From positions 104,652,488-104,716,487 of the forward strand of contig JARDVH010000001.1 in the NCBI GenBank assembly GCA_030324005.1: 64,000 nt of DNA, given 5' to 3'. Shown one piece after another: positions 25,423-37,329 of this stretch; position 1 is the first letter of the stretch; each line of letters opens with the position of its first letter. The notes under the pieces are model-generated. The model did not search any database. It was not told the DNA's origin and was given only the letters and a program-made list of their open reading frames with translations. The stretch comes from Negaprion brevirostris (taxonomy: Eukaryota). The position numbers and the translations under genes are program-made.

Positions 25423-26371
25423 CTGCAGTGAAGTGCAAACGCAGAATATGAGTCACTTGCATGCTGAACACAGGCTAGACATCAATGTTCTGATGTAAAC
25501 TCTTAGCTGCAGCCGGTCTCCCTCACATTCCACAAAACATCCATTCGCTTGGTTACTGAAATCTCCTTGGAAATTCCTGGACATCAACCAGCAAAATTAA
25601 ACACCAAAGAATCTCACAGTCCACTTTATTGTTTAGCAGGACAGTGTACAGTATTGGTGAATATTATGAAAACACACTGATGATTTGCTACATCTGCTAA
25701 ACACTTGAACCAGCACGTTTCTTTTAAAAAAAAAATTCAGCGAGCAATACGGTCAGATTACAAGATCCATAAACTTTCCGAGACTAAATCGTGCTGGCTC
25801 TTTTATATTTCTAAAATATGTTGTAAAACTACGCTATATGTGAAATGGTCATTACTGAAAAAATGGGGTGGGGGAAGGGGTATGAAGTCATGTAAACCCT
25901 CTGATATTTGTGCAGGTATTTGCATCTCAAAAGCCAATGGGTCTTCATCATGGCACTTATGGAAGTTTAGTGTCCAAAATGACAAGCGAACCTATAGCGG
26001 GTTCTGCACTTCAGTACATCGCGTTCAGTTTGACCGCTCCTTCCCCACTAGCACTGTCTCCCGTCACTACCTCTGCTTTTTAACGCATTTTCTGCGCTCT
26101 GAGTTAACCGCGGGAGGATAAAGGAAGAAAGCAATGCGAAAGAATGAAGGGAATGGAACAAGTTTGGACAGAAACTATATATAAAAAAGAGATAAACATG
26201 CTATAGGAAACACAATGCAATTTGCGTTCATATGGAGATCAGTAGGTGAGAAAAGCAGCAATGCATGTAAAAGAGAAATGAATGGCTTTGATATTTAATA
26301 TTGTGGAATGAGGATACGGGGGGGGGGGGGTGGAGGGAGTGAGCAGAAGAGAGAATTAAAATTGACCCTAC

Positions 26372-26593
26372 CCTAAAGATGTAGGGCACCGTCCTTTTGT
26401 CAGCTGATTTAAGAGCAATGAAAGCGATGCTGTCATATAAGGACGTGTGGCTCAGTACGCAGGGTCCAAATATGGCATTTTCTGGAATGTCACAGGTTGT
26501 ATAGACGCTGGTGAAAATGTTGGTCAGACATTGCTGGACGGCTCTGCTGGCATCGCTCTCCCAAAACCCCTTGTGAATATTTGGATCTTCCAT
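26372..26593 (-). CDS. PRDM8: PRDM8 coding exon 1 (start codon, N-terminal part of PR/SET domain; 74 codons)
   Basis: Translates MEDPNIHKGFWESDASRAVQQCLTNIFTSVYTTCDIPENAIFGPCVLSHTSLYDSIAFIALKSADKRTVPYIFR, near-identical to the vertebrate PRDM8 N-terminus. ATG at 26593 has strong Kozak context (acgATGG). Donor AGG|GTAGGG at 26372/26371; upstream acceptor cccttccctcccAG at 26609-26608. Confidence 0.96.
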
Positions 26594-28072
26594 CGTCGAG
26601 GCTTGCTCTGGGAGGGAAGGGTAGAAAAAAAGGTCAATCTCAGTGCCTAAAGACACGCATGAGTCAAAAATGCTTAAGCTTGAAAAATCTCGACAATCGT
26701 GTCCGCCCCTGATGAGATTCAGTCCTCATTTGAAAGGAAGTACACCGTGAGATTCCTATGTAAATCTAACATCTCGTGAAATCAGTGTACAGCCAAATAT
26801 GTGTATGCCCGGATTGCGTAAAGCGCGTATCTACTCCCCCCCCCCTCCAAATCTAAAGTTTTGCAGAAAAAATGTTTCTGCTTTTGACATGCCAGCAAGT
26901 CCCGGTTGTATCTGCCACCTTTTGTTCACTTGTTCGCGCTGATTTTGATGACAAATTGTTCTGTTTCGATGTTCCCAATAAAACGTTGCCGGATGAAGTG
27001 CAAACGTTACCTGCCTTGTTGCCAATTCGGTCGGTTTTTTTTTGGTTGTACGGAGAAGGAAGCCTCAAATGGCACTTCTGCGTCTGGAGGTGCAAATGGA
27101 ATGGATTGACAATGGCCTTGTCATTTTCAGTGATTCGATGTCAGATAACCTTTAGATCTTTTCTACAAGGAATAACGTATGTCTTCTTCGTCCGCGCATG
27201 TCATTACCATAATATAGCCCTTTCCCTCAGAGACTTTAATTAAAAGCAGCAAGCAGAGTTAATTATTTTTACCTCGACACGGTTATTTATGGCGGAGAAT
27301 GAATCCCAGTTACCTTGTTCTACACAGGGAGAGATTCGGTCAGATGTGGTTTGTGAAATCTGAATGGGACGGGGTGGGGACGGGGGACGGGGGAGGGGGG
27401 GGGCTGGTGTTGGTGCAGATAGAGTGTTTTGCCTGGTTTTTGAACGGGATCAGCAGCAATTTCCTGACTCATTCCTAAATCATAACTGGTTTCAAGCCCC
27501 GAACCTACATGATTCAAACTTAAGCAGGTTTAAAGAGGCAGAATTCGATGGTACTTGATAACGTCCTGGTTAATCTGAGATTTTATCTAGACCGAATCGC
27601 ACCATTTTACATAACCCTTTCATTAAAAAAGGCAAAACGAGATGCAAACGTAACAAATAAATTGCCCGATAAATCAGTAGTGTTTACATCTAGATCTGAA
27701 AAAGAAACAAGTTAAAGGCAAAGATAAAACTTCCGCTCTACACCTCAAATGAAACAAAATCCGCTTATACTTACAAATATTAGGTAATGAATGTGAGTAG
27801 CCACCAATTCTAATGGTAACTAACTGGCATTCGCCCAGTGCTGCCTTTCACTCAACACTGCAATCGATGTGAACCGAGCCAAGAGGACAAATGTGCTCTC
27901 CCTGAACTTGAAGAGTGACTGCTAACATCGGAGCGCAGCAGCGAGTCTCTCCCAACAAAACCTGCCCGTTTACTTTACAGAAAGTGAGACTGTATACGCC
28001 TTACCTGACGGCGATGCGAAACCCGAAAGCTCTCCTCCACGTCTCTTTTCCCCTGCCCCCAAAAATATTTTG
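26594..28072 (-). other. PRDM8: Predicted spliced 5'UTR region of PRDM8 with several small non-coding exons
   Basis: Alternating canonical acceptors and donors on the minus strand (listed in findings). Based on splice signals only; no transcript evidence. Confidence 0.45.
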
Positions 28073-28702
28073 CTTTGCAAGAGAAATAAAAATGCAACAT
28101 ACGCTGCCAAGTCATCTCACCATGCGTTTTATTGTGAACCAGGTCGCGCTTCGCTTGGGGCGTCCAGGAAAAATAAAAGACGCCTTAATGAATATGCATC
28201 TCTTCCCATCCTCAGCAGAGCAAATCAGCGTTTAGGACGAAGGGGAGGGGNNNNNNNNNNNNNNNNNNNNNNNNNNNNNNNNNNNNNNNNNNNNNNNNNN
28301 NNNNNNNNNNNNNNNNNNNNNNNNNNNNNNNNNNNNNNNNNNNNNNNNNNNNNNNNNNNNNNNNNNNNNNNNNNNNNNNNNNNNNNNNNNNNNNNNNNNN
28401 NNNNNNNNNNNNNNNNNNNNNNNNNNNNNNNNNNNNNNNNNNNNNNNNNNNNNNNNNNNNNNNNNNNNNNNNNNNNNNNNNNNNNNNNNNNNNNNNNNNN
28501 NNNNNNNNNNNNNNNNNNNNNNNNNNNNNNNNNNNNNNNNNNNNNNNNNNNNNNNNNNNNNNNNNNNNNNNNNNNNNNNNNNNNNNNNNNNNNNNNNNNN
28601 NNNNNNNNNNNNNNNNNNNNNNNNNNNNNNNNNNNNNNNNNNNNNNNNNNNNNNNNNNNNNNNNNNNNNNNNNNNNNNNNNNNNNNNNNNNNNNNNNNNN
28701 NN

Positions 28703-29100
28703 GCCGCGCGCCACTTCTCCTCTCCCGCCCCCCCCCCTCCCCTCCCCTCCCCTCCCCTCTCTTTCGGACACGAGCTCCGCCACCCCGCGCGCACGCGCAC
28801 ACGTGTCCGCGCCCCCGCCCGCGCGCCTATCGGCTCTGATTTGGACAGTGGTTGGTCAGCGCGGCTCGGCGGCGCGCGCAGCGGAGAAGGGCGCGGCTGG
28901 AGCCGGATGGAGGCGCGAGCGAGTCGAGCAATTGAGGAGGTGCAGCCTGGCAAAAGGGGGAATTCTGCAGCTCGGGTTCGCTTCACCTCTCCGGCTCAGG
29001 TCAGCGGGAGCGGAGGAGAGGGAGCTCGGCTCTCACTCCATTACTCTCCCATTGCACCCACCATTGCCCATAATGAGGCCAATTTATCTATTTGAGGGAA
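28703..29100 (-). promoter_or_regulatory. CpG island / probable PRDM8 promoter
   Basis: Very GC- and CpG-rich (gcgcgc, ccgcgcgcacgcgcac, GC boxes cccgccc), about 2 kb upstream of the ATG. CCAAT near 29079. Abuts an N gap (28251-28702), as is typical for GC-rich promoters. Confidence 0.75.
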
Positions 29101-30012
29101 AATATGTAGCGTCCAAAAGAGAGGCAACAGTATTGTACGCACACAGAACAGTGGGCTCACCATTCCTCATTCCACACGGATAACATTCAGGCTAAAGTGG
29201 ATCATAAGCAGTTCAGATGGCTCGTTTGTGTTGTTTATGTCACAATTACATTAAACATCTATTTCGAAAGTGTCTCGGGATGCCTAACCCTGATCGCTGT
29301 AGGATTGTTTTTAAATAAGGCAGTGGCTTATTGTTCATTTTAAGTGAGGTGCTGCTTAACTTTGTTACGTGAGAAACAGAAAAGTGAGTTTGCTCCCAGT
29401 TAAGCCTGTTTGGAAATATAGGTGACTTTTTTGTGAAACTAAAATGCATTATATACAATGCATACTTTCCCTATGTGCTTCCAATACTGGATTTCCCATA
29501 CTTGTTTGCATTGAAAACCCGTAATCAGAATAATGGAATTCCATGTGGTAAATAATCTAATGTTACAAAGTAATATTTACATTTTAGAAAGCGTAATGCC
29601 CAATGCATTATTTTTGCTACTTTGAACGTATCACCGGCTGCTAAATCTTTTAATTAACTGCAAAATAATATGGTAATTAATAAAACTAATTTTCTACCAG
29701 TCGGATGTAATCTGTAATTACCCGTATTGTGGAAGTGCCGGTATCAATATGTAGAAAGAGATTCAGGATTGGTGATTTTGGCAGAGTTGTCACCCCTTTT
29801 GATTGAACAACATTTCACACCATTCCGTGGGATAGTTTACAAACATCGTGCATGTCCAAACTTTCATCTTTATAGCTCAGGGCGATCCGAGTTGCCTCCA
29901 TAATAGGAATTAATATCATTTACTGAATCAGGTGCAATCAGAGCTTGCGCTGTGGTAAGAACTGGGACAAATCACACTGGCGTTGAATTTATTGCATCTA
30001 ATTCCGATTTTA

Positions 30013-30220
30013 GGGAGCTGGTTAGCTCAGTCGCCTAGATGGCTAGCGTGTGATTCCCATTCTGGCTGAGGTGGGAATCTGCCTCCTCGCCATACCCCTG
30101 AGAGTAGAAGGCAATGGCAAACCACCACCGATAAAAGCTGCCAAGACTCACGGCTGGGGATGAAGCAGCAACAGACAATGAACCAAGTACCTGCCTTCTG
30201 GTAGAGCATTCAGGGAATGG
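30013..30220 (+). mobile_element. tRNA-derived SINE with RTE-related motif and 13-bp TSD
   Basis: Flanked by identical aattccgatttta (30000-30012 and 30221-30233). A-box head gggagctggttagctcagtcg; internal gaaggcaatggcaaaccacc...gctgccaaga. Confidence 0.8.
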
Positions 30221-33200
30221 AATTCCGATTTTACTGTAATTTCTAAAACTATCCAGAATCCCCACCACCCTAGACCACTGATGTTTGACCGCAGGAGATA
30301 TACATTTGGATCTACATCAACCTACAGAATGGTGTAATTATTTATACACACCCGGCATATATACACACAACACAGACATTTTTACATGTAGCACTGAAAA
30401 CATCTACGTATACATGCAAATATGTACACATGTATGTACGTGCGTACATAAACACACGCACATACATATATAGGATATTCATATATACCAATACAAACAT
30501 TCTCCATAAATATACAGCTGGATAGTTATACGGGGTATACATCTCATGTTGTGAATATTTAAATCGGAACTGTGATTGTAGAATGCTCTCACCTCCTCTG
30601 TAAATTTTCACCCGGAAAACAACACACATTTTCTGTAAACGTGCAGATGATATACATTAAGTTTCGTGGCTTATTTTACAATAATAGCTACTACAGTACC
30701 CGGAATATTACGCCCGAGGTGTTGCTATGTAAACAATTCCGTGGCTATATTGCCTTTTCAATGAGTGCATTTTGTGAATCAAGTGTGAAATCTGGAAGCT
30801 GTCACTCAAAACATTATTTTGCTGCTGCTGGATTTTCAGAATTACTAAAACTCTACGCTGAATTAAAGCATAATGAACATTGTACAGCTTCAAGTGGGGC
30901 ATCAAACTGGAACTAATAATGGCTTGTGTGCCAAACCACTGACATCACGTAGTGATAAAAATATGAAAATATTGAATTTAATTTGTTGTGCTTATGTGGT
31001 GGCTGTGAGATGCAGAAGGAATAAATAAACGTACACTGCATAACTCAATGAAAAGCACACAGACGCGCATGCTAACAGGACAACATGCTGTTCTAAATTA
31101 CAAGATGTCTAGTCCTAGTATTAATTTTACTATAATCAAGGTCTATGTTTTTTCGCAAGAACTTGATAGTTAGCAAAAGTAAACAACATTTAGATGCTTT
31201 ACCCAACATCATTTACTTAGGTCAGGTTTGAAATGCGGGGTTTCAGTGTAAATACATAAACATTTCAGCCATCAGGCTAAGTAATTCGAATAAATAAACA
31301 TCTTTAAAAAACAGATGCGAATGCAGAATAGGTGAGTTGCTGCAATATTTTTGCCCACAATTCAGACATAAAACCCACAAAACGATTGATATGCCATCAT
31401 CATAAATCTCCCTCAAACTCCCCCTCCCCTCCATTGTGCCTCTGATCAACGATGCATGATAAAACCCTTTTCCACAAAGTATTCAGTATTAAAACCACAA
31501 CGCTCACCCAATCAGTAGCCATCTGCCTCCACTATAACAGCAACGTGTGTGACGAGGGATGGCAGCCAGAGCAGAGACACAATCGCGCACCAAACAGGTT
31601 GACAGTGTCGAAACTGGCTGCAAACCATCATGTTGGTTCAGTCCCCAGTAAATAATTTCAACTGCATGGGGGCCATCAACATCATTGCAAGCAAGGGCGA
31701 CTCGCGTAAATTAACTTATTTATACATTCTCTGATTGCAGGCCCATTAATGTGATAGGATGAGCAAATGCAACAGTTAAAAACTAACTTGAGTGTCACCT
31801 CTTCCTTTAGATTCTTATTTATTGAGATTTAGGGTGCCCGACATGGTGATTTTCTGTCCTTCGAATGAAATGTTCTACAACAAAACCAAATTGGCTATCA
31901 AAGAAAAAAAAAGTCATGAATCTAAGCAGGTTCAATAGACGCTGATGAAGGAGAAAAATCTTAACTGGGGACACGGTATCAAAATTATACTCAAGATCTT
32001 CCCCAGAGACGTTTTATAGGACCTGGGCAAAGTTACAATGTGACTTGTACGTGTTGACCAATAGTGCTATAGTTAAGGAATATATAATAAATTGACAAGT
32101 AGTATAATGACAACTTTGGTAAATTGATTTATTTAAATAGAGAGTAGCACTCCACAGTCAGTACCCAACTGGTTTCAGTGTGTGGTGTATGGTGATCTTG
32201 CGACCGCAGCTGCAGTGTGTCAGTTACAGCTGCTGCGAGTGTTTGAGTGCAGCTCACAGTAAAAAAGGCTAAGATTAATTGCATAAAACTTTTCCCCTTA
32301 CACAGAGGCTTTCGCATGCTCAGCCGTATATAAATAAAGTACGATTGTTGCAGGAATTGCTGTTCGACGGCCAACATAATGCTTAGAGCGAGTAGTTTAG
32401 TTTCACTTAGAACATAAGGCTAAGTTTAATGAAAATAGTATTTAATCTGGCAATTAATTTATTCAACAATGTCACGTGCACACCACCGTACAAATATTCA
32501 GGACATTAGTTAAAAATAGATTCAACATTTATTTTATTTGTGTTTAATTATCTCCGCATAAACAACAAATAAATTTCGGCACATCTAATTATTTTAAACT
32601 GAGCACCATCCTCATAAGCTTTACCTATGTCATATGCTGCTATTATCGGCGCATTAATCCCCATATTAATACCGCATAATACCCTTTTTAAACTGATCAC
32701 GAATGTGTTTTCCGTCTAGCAATGGTCACATATAGTAAGCAAACACACAAACACCTTGTGTAGGTAACGTGACAAATTTCACATATTGCATTACTTCAGA
32801 TTGGATAGAACTTCCTTCGCAGTGATGAACTACCTTTATTCCGCCCTTTATTATTCAGAGTCCTGATTTTAAATACATTACTGTCATCTAATAGAAACGC
32901 GTCTAATAAAAAAGTGAATAGTGGTATGTAGATTTAATAGGAGGGTTACAACTATACAGTATTTCTTAATTACTTATTATAAAGTATTGTGAGGGATCGT
33001 TTGCAATCCAAGTTCGTGACTAAACGCCAGGAAACTTTGGATCACCATTTATTTCCAATAACATGCAAATATTTTCACAACTTCATTCTTTGCTAGATTT
33101 TCAGCAGTGAAAAGAATGCCCAATAATGCAGCAGATATATTAATGATATTTTCTCATGCGTAATGGTCATAACTAATCAGTTCGAATAATACTTTTACTC

Positions 33201-36200
33201 TTTAAAAATAAACAAACTAGAACTGCAATGCATGTAATAGTCAAAAATGGCAGTCATTCATTACAAGTAGGTAATATTATGATTTCTTTCTGATCAACTC
33301 GCAAGTTATGAGTAAGATATGACATCTCTGTTATTCACAAGCATTTCCATTATAAAACTCATTGATTATGAAACTCGTACACGGCAGGTAAGAGAGGGAA
33401 GTGATTCATCATACATCGTTATAGTTTTTTTGATATTATACAAGCAAATTTAAATAGAGATCAGTCTAATTTATCCAAGTGGCACAATGTGCGTGTAGTA
33501 CAAAGATGCCCACAATATTATCCAATTCTTATTTGCTTTGTATAAGTAACACAACAACTGAAATTCCGAAATCGCCCATAATGGGTTAATTACCTTAATT
33601 TCGCCTGAGAATGAAATATGTAGCGGAGAACCCGACACTTCTTAAAAATATTCATGGGCAAATTCAGTTCCACATTCACTTTTTCTTAAATACAGTTAAA
33701 TTGTATTTTACAGTTAAGTCTAAAAAAGGCAAGCAGACGGTCCAGATATTACCCGTAGTTTTGCTTAGGAAACAAAATATAGTGACTTTTTTAACTGTTG
33801 CACTTGAATGTTCAATAAATTGATTTTAGATCATAAATATCTCCCCCCAATTCCCGATGTAAATAAAGTATTTTCTGAGCGCCCACCTTTTGCGTCTATT
33901 TCATCGTCATTAATCACAAGTGCTCAGCAAGCTCAGCACCTAGACGAATAACTTTGGTCTTTTCCAATAAAAGTTTGTGGTATGTAATAGAATGCCACTG
34001 TGTATTAATGAACATGTTAAATGCATTGCACACAATCCATCTCACATTTTCTTTCCAATATTATTTAAGACGGGCGAGATGGATTGAAGAATCTCTTCCG
34101 TTCCTTTGCCTTCTTCTTATTGAGCATAATAGTTTTACTATTAATGGGGCGCTATATTGCTCAACCCCGAAGCATCTTGACGACTTATGTGTAGAAGTCA
34201 TTATATTCAAACATTCTTTTAAACATTAGTTCATATAATACGATTAATACAGGACAAAATAATCAGTTTTAAAATATCCAGCTTACCTTTTTATTTGCTC
34301 TTGATTAAACTGTGCAATAAAATATTTCCCAGTCACTACAGTAGTTGGCAAAAAAGTGTGAAAGGTGTTCTTTCTGAAGTGTTCAATTGAGGCTTTTGTC
34401 CTCTCCCCAGTTGCGATGTAATTAACTGCGTCTGCATGTATTCAGTCGTTTCGAGGCAACCACTCTGCTGAATAATTTGACTGTTAGAATTCAAACGACA
34501 CGTCCCCTGCTCAGTAATGAACAAATCTATTTTCTCCACACTTTGTACCCCCCATCTTCTTCAATCAGAAACAAATACAATCCGCTCCTTAATAAGCAGA
34601 TATTTGCTACATAATATATACGTAAAGTAGAAGTTAATTTTTTTAGTCTGTTTGGAGTTAGTGTAGTATTATCACATTCGACTTAATGATATGACTAAAG
34701 GCGCCAAGAATAGATTGTTACCTTCGTATTAAGTGCTAAATTGTTCAACTCCAGTTGTTCAAAAGTAATCACAGTACCAAGAGACTTCAAATACTTGTAT
34801 TTATATCACGGAATCCAACAGGGAACACCTTGTAAACAAAACATGTCGCGCACTGTAACAAAAGGTAACTTCAACTGAATATGTTTCACGCAATTACTTT
34901 AGCTTTGGTAACGACGGTAGCCATCAATAGCAAATGTTGTGTCAGAAGTATAGATAAGATCCAACATTAACACTAATTATATACAAAACGTAGACATTAA
35001 AATCCTATTGCTTGTTGAAAAGACCATGAAAAAGGCACAGTGTTCAGAAACAAAAGTTGTAAACAGCATGCTATTGCTAAGCTTATATAAAAACTCGGAA
35101 ATAGCAATGTGTTTACCTGTTAGAACTTTTCATTCATCTGCATTTATATGTACTAAATTATCATTCTTCTAATTACCTCGAGTTCAGCGAGTTCCTTGAT
35201 GTGAATTCATCAAAAAACGTTAATTTTAATACTGGTTACGTAGAATTCGACTTACCCTTTGATCAGGAACAACCAAATGACACTAAATGGTTCCTATGAT
35301 AAATCACATTTTCAGTTCCTCAGCACTATGCAAACAATAAAGATATCCAACATGCCATTCCTTTATCCTAAGACAGCACCTGGGCTTATGTCACTGGAAG
35401 CTTAATATTCACCTGGAAAATAATATTCAAAGGACCACTTGAAAAGTTACCTTGATCGAGAGAGCAAACGTGGCTAATGCGTGTGTGTGGGCGGGAACAT
35501 TCCATGCCAAAGTGGAGTTTAGACAATCCCAGTTTGATGAACTCGAGAGTGTGGCAAACGTTCAATGCGTTAGTATTTAGGGGGGAGAAATGAAATCTTA
35601 ACCCGTAAGTGCGAGTTATCATGCTCTAGCAGCTAGGCATTGAGCCAACCAACGTCGTCACCTGTTACATGGGAATCTTGAACCTTTCTGTCGGCGACCC
35701 GACAACGCACAAAACCCAGAATACACTCAGTTCAAGTAGAATTTCCACGTTCTTATTTCATTTTCTCCGTGTTGCCTGGTCTCAGTTTCTCCCTCAGGGT
35801 ACGTAAAAAATAAATAGCCTGCTTTCAAAATCACACTGACAGAGACGTGGTGATGCATTAACTCCATCTACTTTAATGACCATATATTGAACATCTAACC
35901 CTTCCATATTTAGGAACTTGGAACTTAAATCGTATTAAACAATAGGGACAAACAAGTTCAACACCATTCAAATTGCACTGAATTTGGACTGAATGTAAAA
36001 CCCCGAATCCTAAGAATGAGGAATTCTTTACACTAAATGTACAGCCACTGAACCATGTTTTGACGAGATTGCAAACAGTAAGGATCGGGTGAGAAATTAC
36101 ATGTTTTTAGTGTTTCGAAAAAGAGCAAAGGAGGAAATAAAGACAGCCTCTGTCGCACCAGATTCTGCACTGGAAATTGATTTTCTCAAATTCCAGTGGA

Positions 36201-36699
36201 GGGCAGAAGAGTTGAAAGAATAAGTGAAGAACATCAAAAGGTTGGCAGATTAAGCCCTCGTTTATTTGCCACTGGTTGTCTCCCGATTGTCTTTAAAGCC
36301 TCGGTCCAAAGTTAATGACATCTATTAAATTTACACGTGCGGTGCAGATTTTTATGGGATCAATCATTAGATTTTTGGGCCAGTTGTTAAGCGAAGAATG
36401 CGGCATGTAATCAGGGATGTGCCACAAATCCCAGAACATTAGCATCCCCTCACCCCTGTCTTGAAACACCACAGTGGTGAGCGCGTGTGTTGCTGCGTCT
36501 AACTCAATGGGCCGGCTGCGACAATTAGAAATTATTACAAGTTCGAAGAATCCCTCCCTTATAGTATTCCAAGATTTAGTATACATGATAACTGACCATC
36601 ACCCCATTGGGAAACACACATGTATCATTCCACTGAAATGGACTTCACCGGTGTAGGCTGGGACACGTTGCTTTGGGAAATGACCATGAGGAATTACCA

Positions 36700-36870
36700 C
36701 CCTGCTTTTCTTTCTCACTATCATATGAAGCAGTCATATGATAGCGCAGAGAACGCAGCCACCGAAAGTCCCGGGTGGCATATGGGTTTTATGCGAAATG
36801 CACCATCTTTCAGATTAGCTGGCACCGAAGCAACTGTGGTCAGCCGGCACGCTGGAGTCCCGCCATCTAG
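36700..36870. promoter_or_regulatory. Candidate enhancer/silencer with three CATATG E-boxes
   Basis: CATATG at 36722, 36735 and 36779, in non-repetitive CpG-containing sequence. Confidence 0.4.
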
Positions 36871-36997
36871 GCATTCTTTCAAATTGGGGATCAAACATTC
36901 ACAATATTTCAATTAAAACGTGTTTTTAATTTGTAAACCATACGTTAAGAAATTGAAGATGTATTAAGTAATAGACGGGCGATTAAAAGCATTGGGT

Positions 36998-37120
36998 AAA
37001 AGCAAATTACTGCGGATGCTGGAATCTGAACCCAAAAGGGAAAATGCTGGAAAATCTCAAAAGATCTGACAGCATCTATGAGGAGAGACCTGCTGAGATT
37101 TCCCAGCATTTTCTCTTTTG
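36998..37120. mobile_element. Penelope-like terminal fragment with inverted duplication
   Basis: 37034-37059 and 37094-37119 are 24/26 reverse complements; the sequence is the PLE terminal repeat. Confidence 0.7.
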
Positions 37121-37329
37121 ATTAAAAACATCATTCATTATTCGCACAATTCTGCGTAAGATTTTATTTTAACAGTTACTAAACTATAGGGAGGGACATT
37201 TTAGCACATTTACGCAGATTTTTTCTTAAAATAATAATGCCCCATCCTTCATTTTGAAACGAAACAAAATTCTGATGTTGGACTGTAGTTGTATGTCCAC
37301 TATTCCTGTCAACGCAAAAGAGTTTCAGA

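Noticed and set aside
26709-26740. CTGATGA...GAAA hammerhead-like core near the PRDM8 start exon
   Set aside because: The intervening sequence cannot form stem II, and there is no stem III or cleavage triplet.
27364-27403. G-quadruplex-like G runs on the plus strand
   Set aside because: More simply explained as the polypyrimidine tract of the predicted minus-strand acceptor at 27360, although G4 formation is not excluded.
28070-29183. Long Arg/Gly/Pro-rich ORFs on both strands
   Set aside because: They span an N gap and a GC-rich CpG island where stop codons are rare. No recognisable domain.
30013-30085. tRNA gene
   Set aside because: Only the A-box half is recognisable, there is no complete cloverleaf or B-box, and it is enclosed by a TSD. 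It is a SINE head.
30340-30545. Alternating purine-pyrimidine (TA/CA/TG) tract as a Z-DNA element
   Set aside because: AT-rich and interrupted; ordinary decayed microsatellite.
33932-33950. REST/RE1 site (tcagcacc)
   Set aside because: Only the left half-site is present; the GGACAG half is absent at the right spacing.
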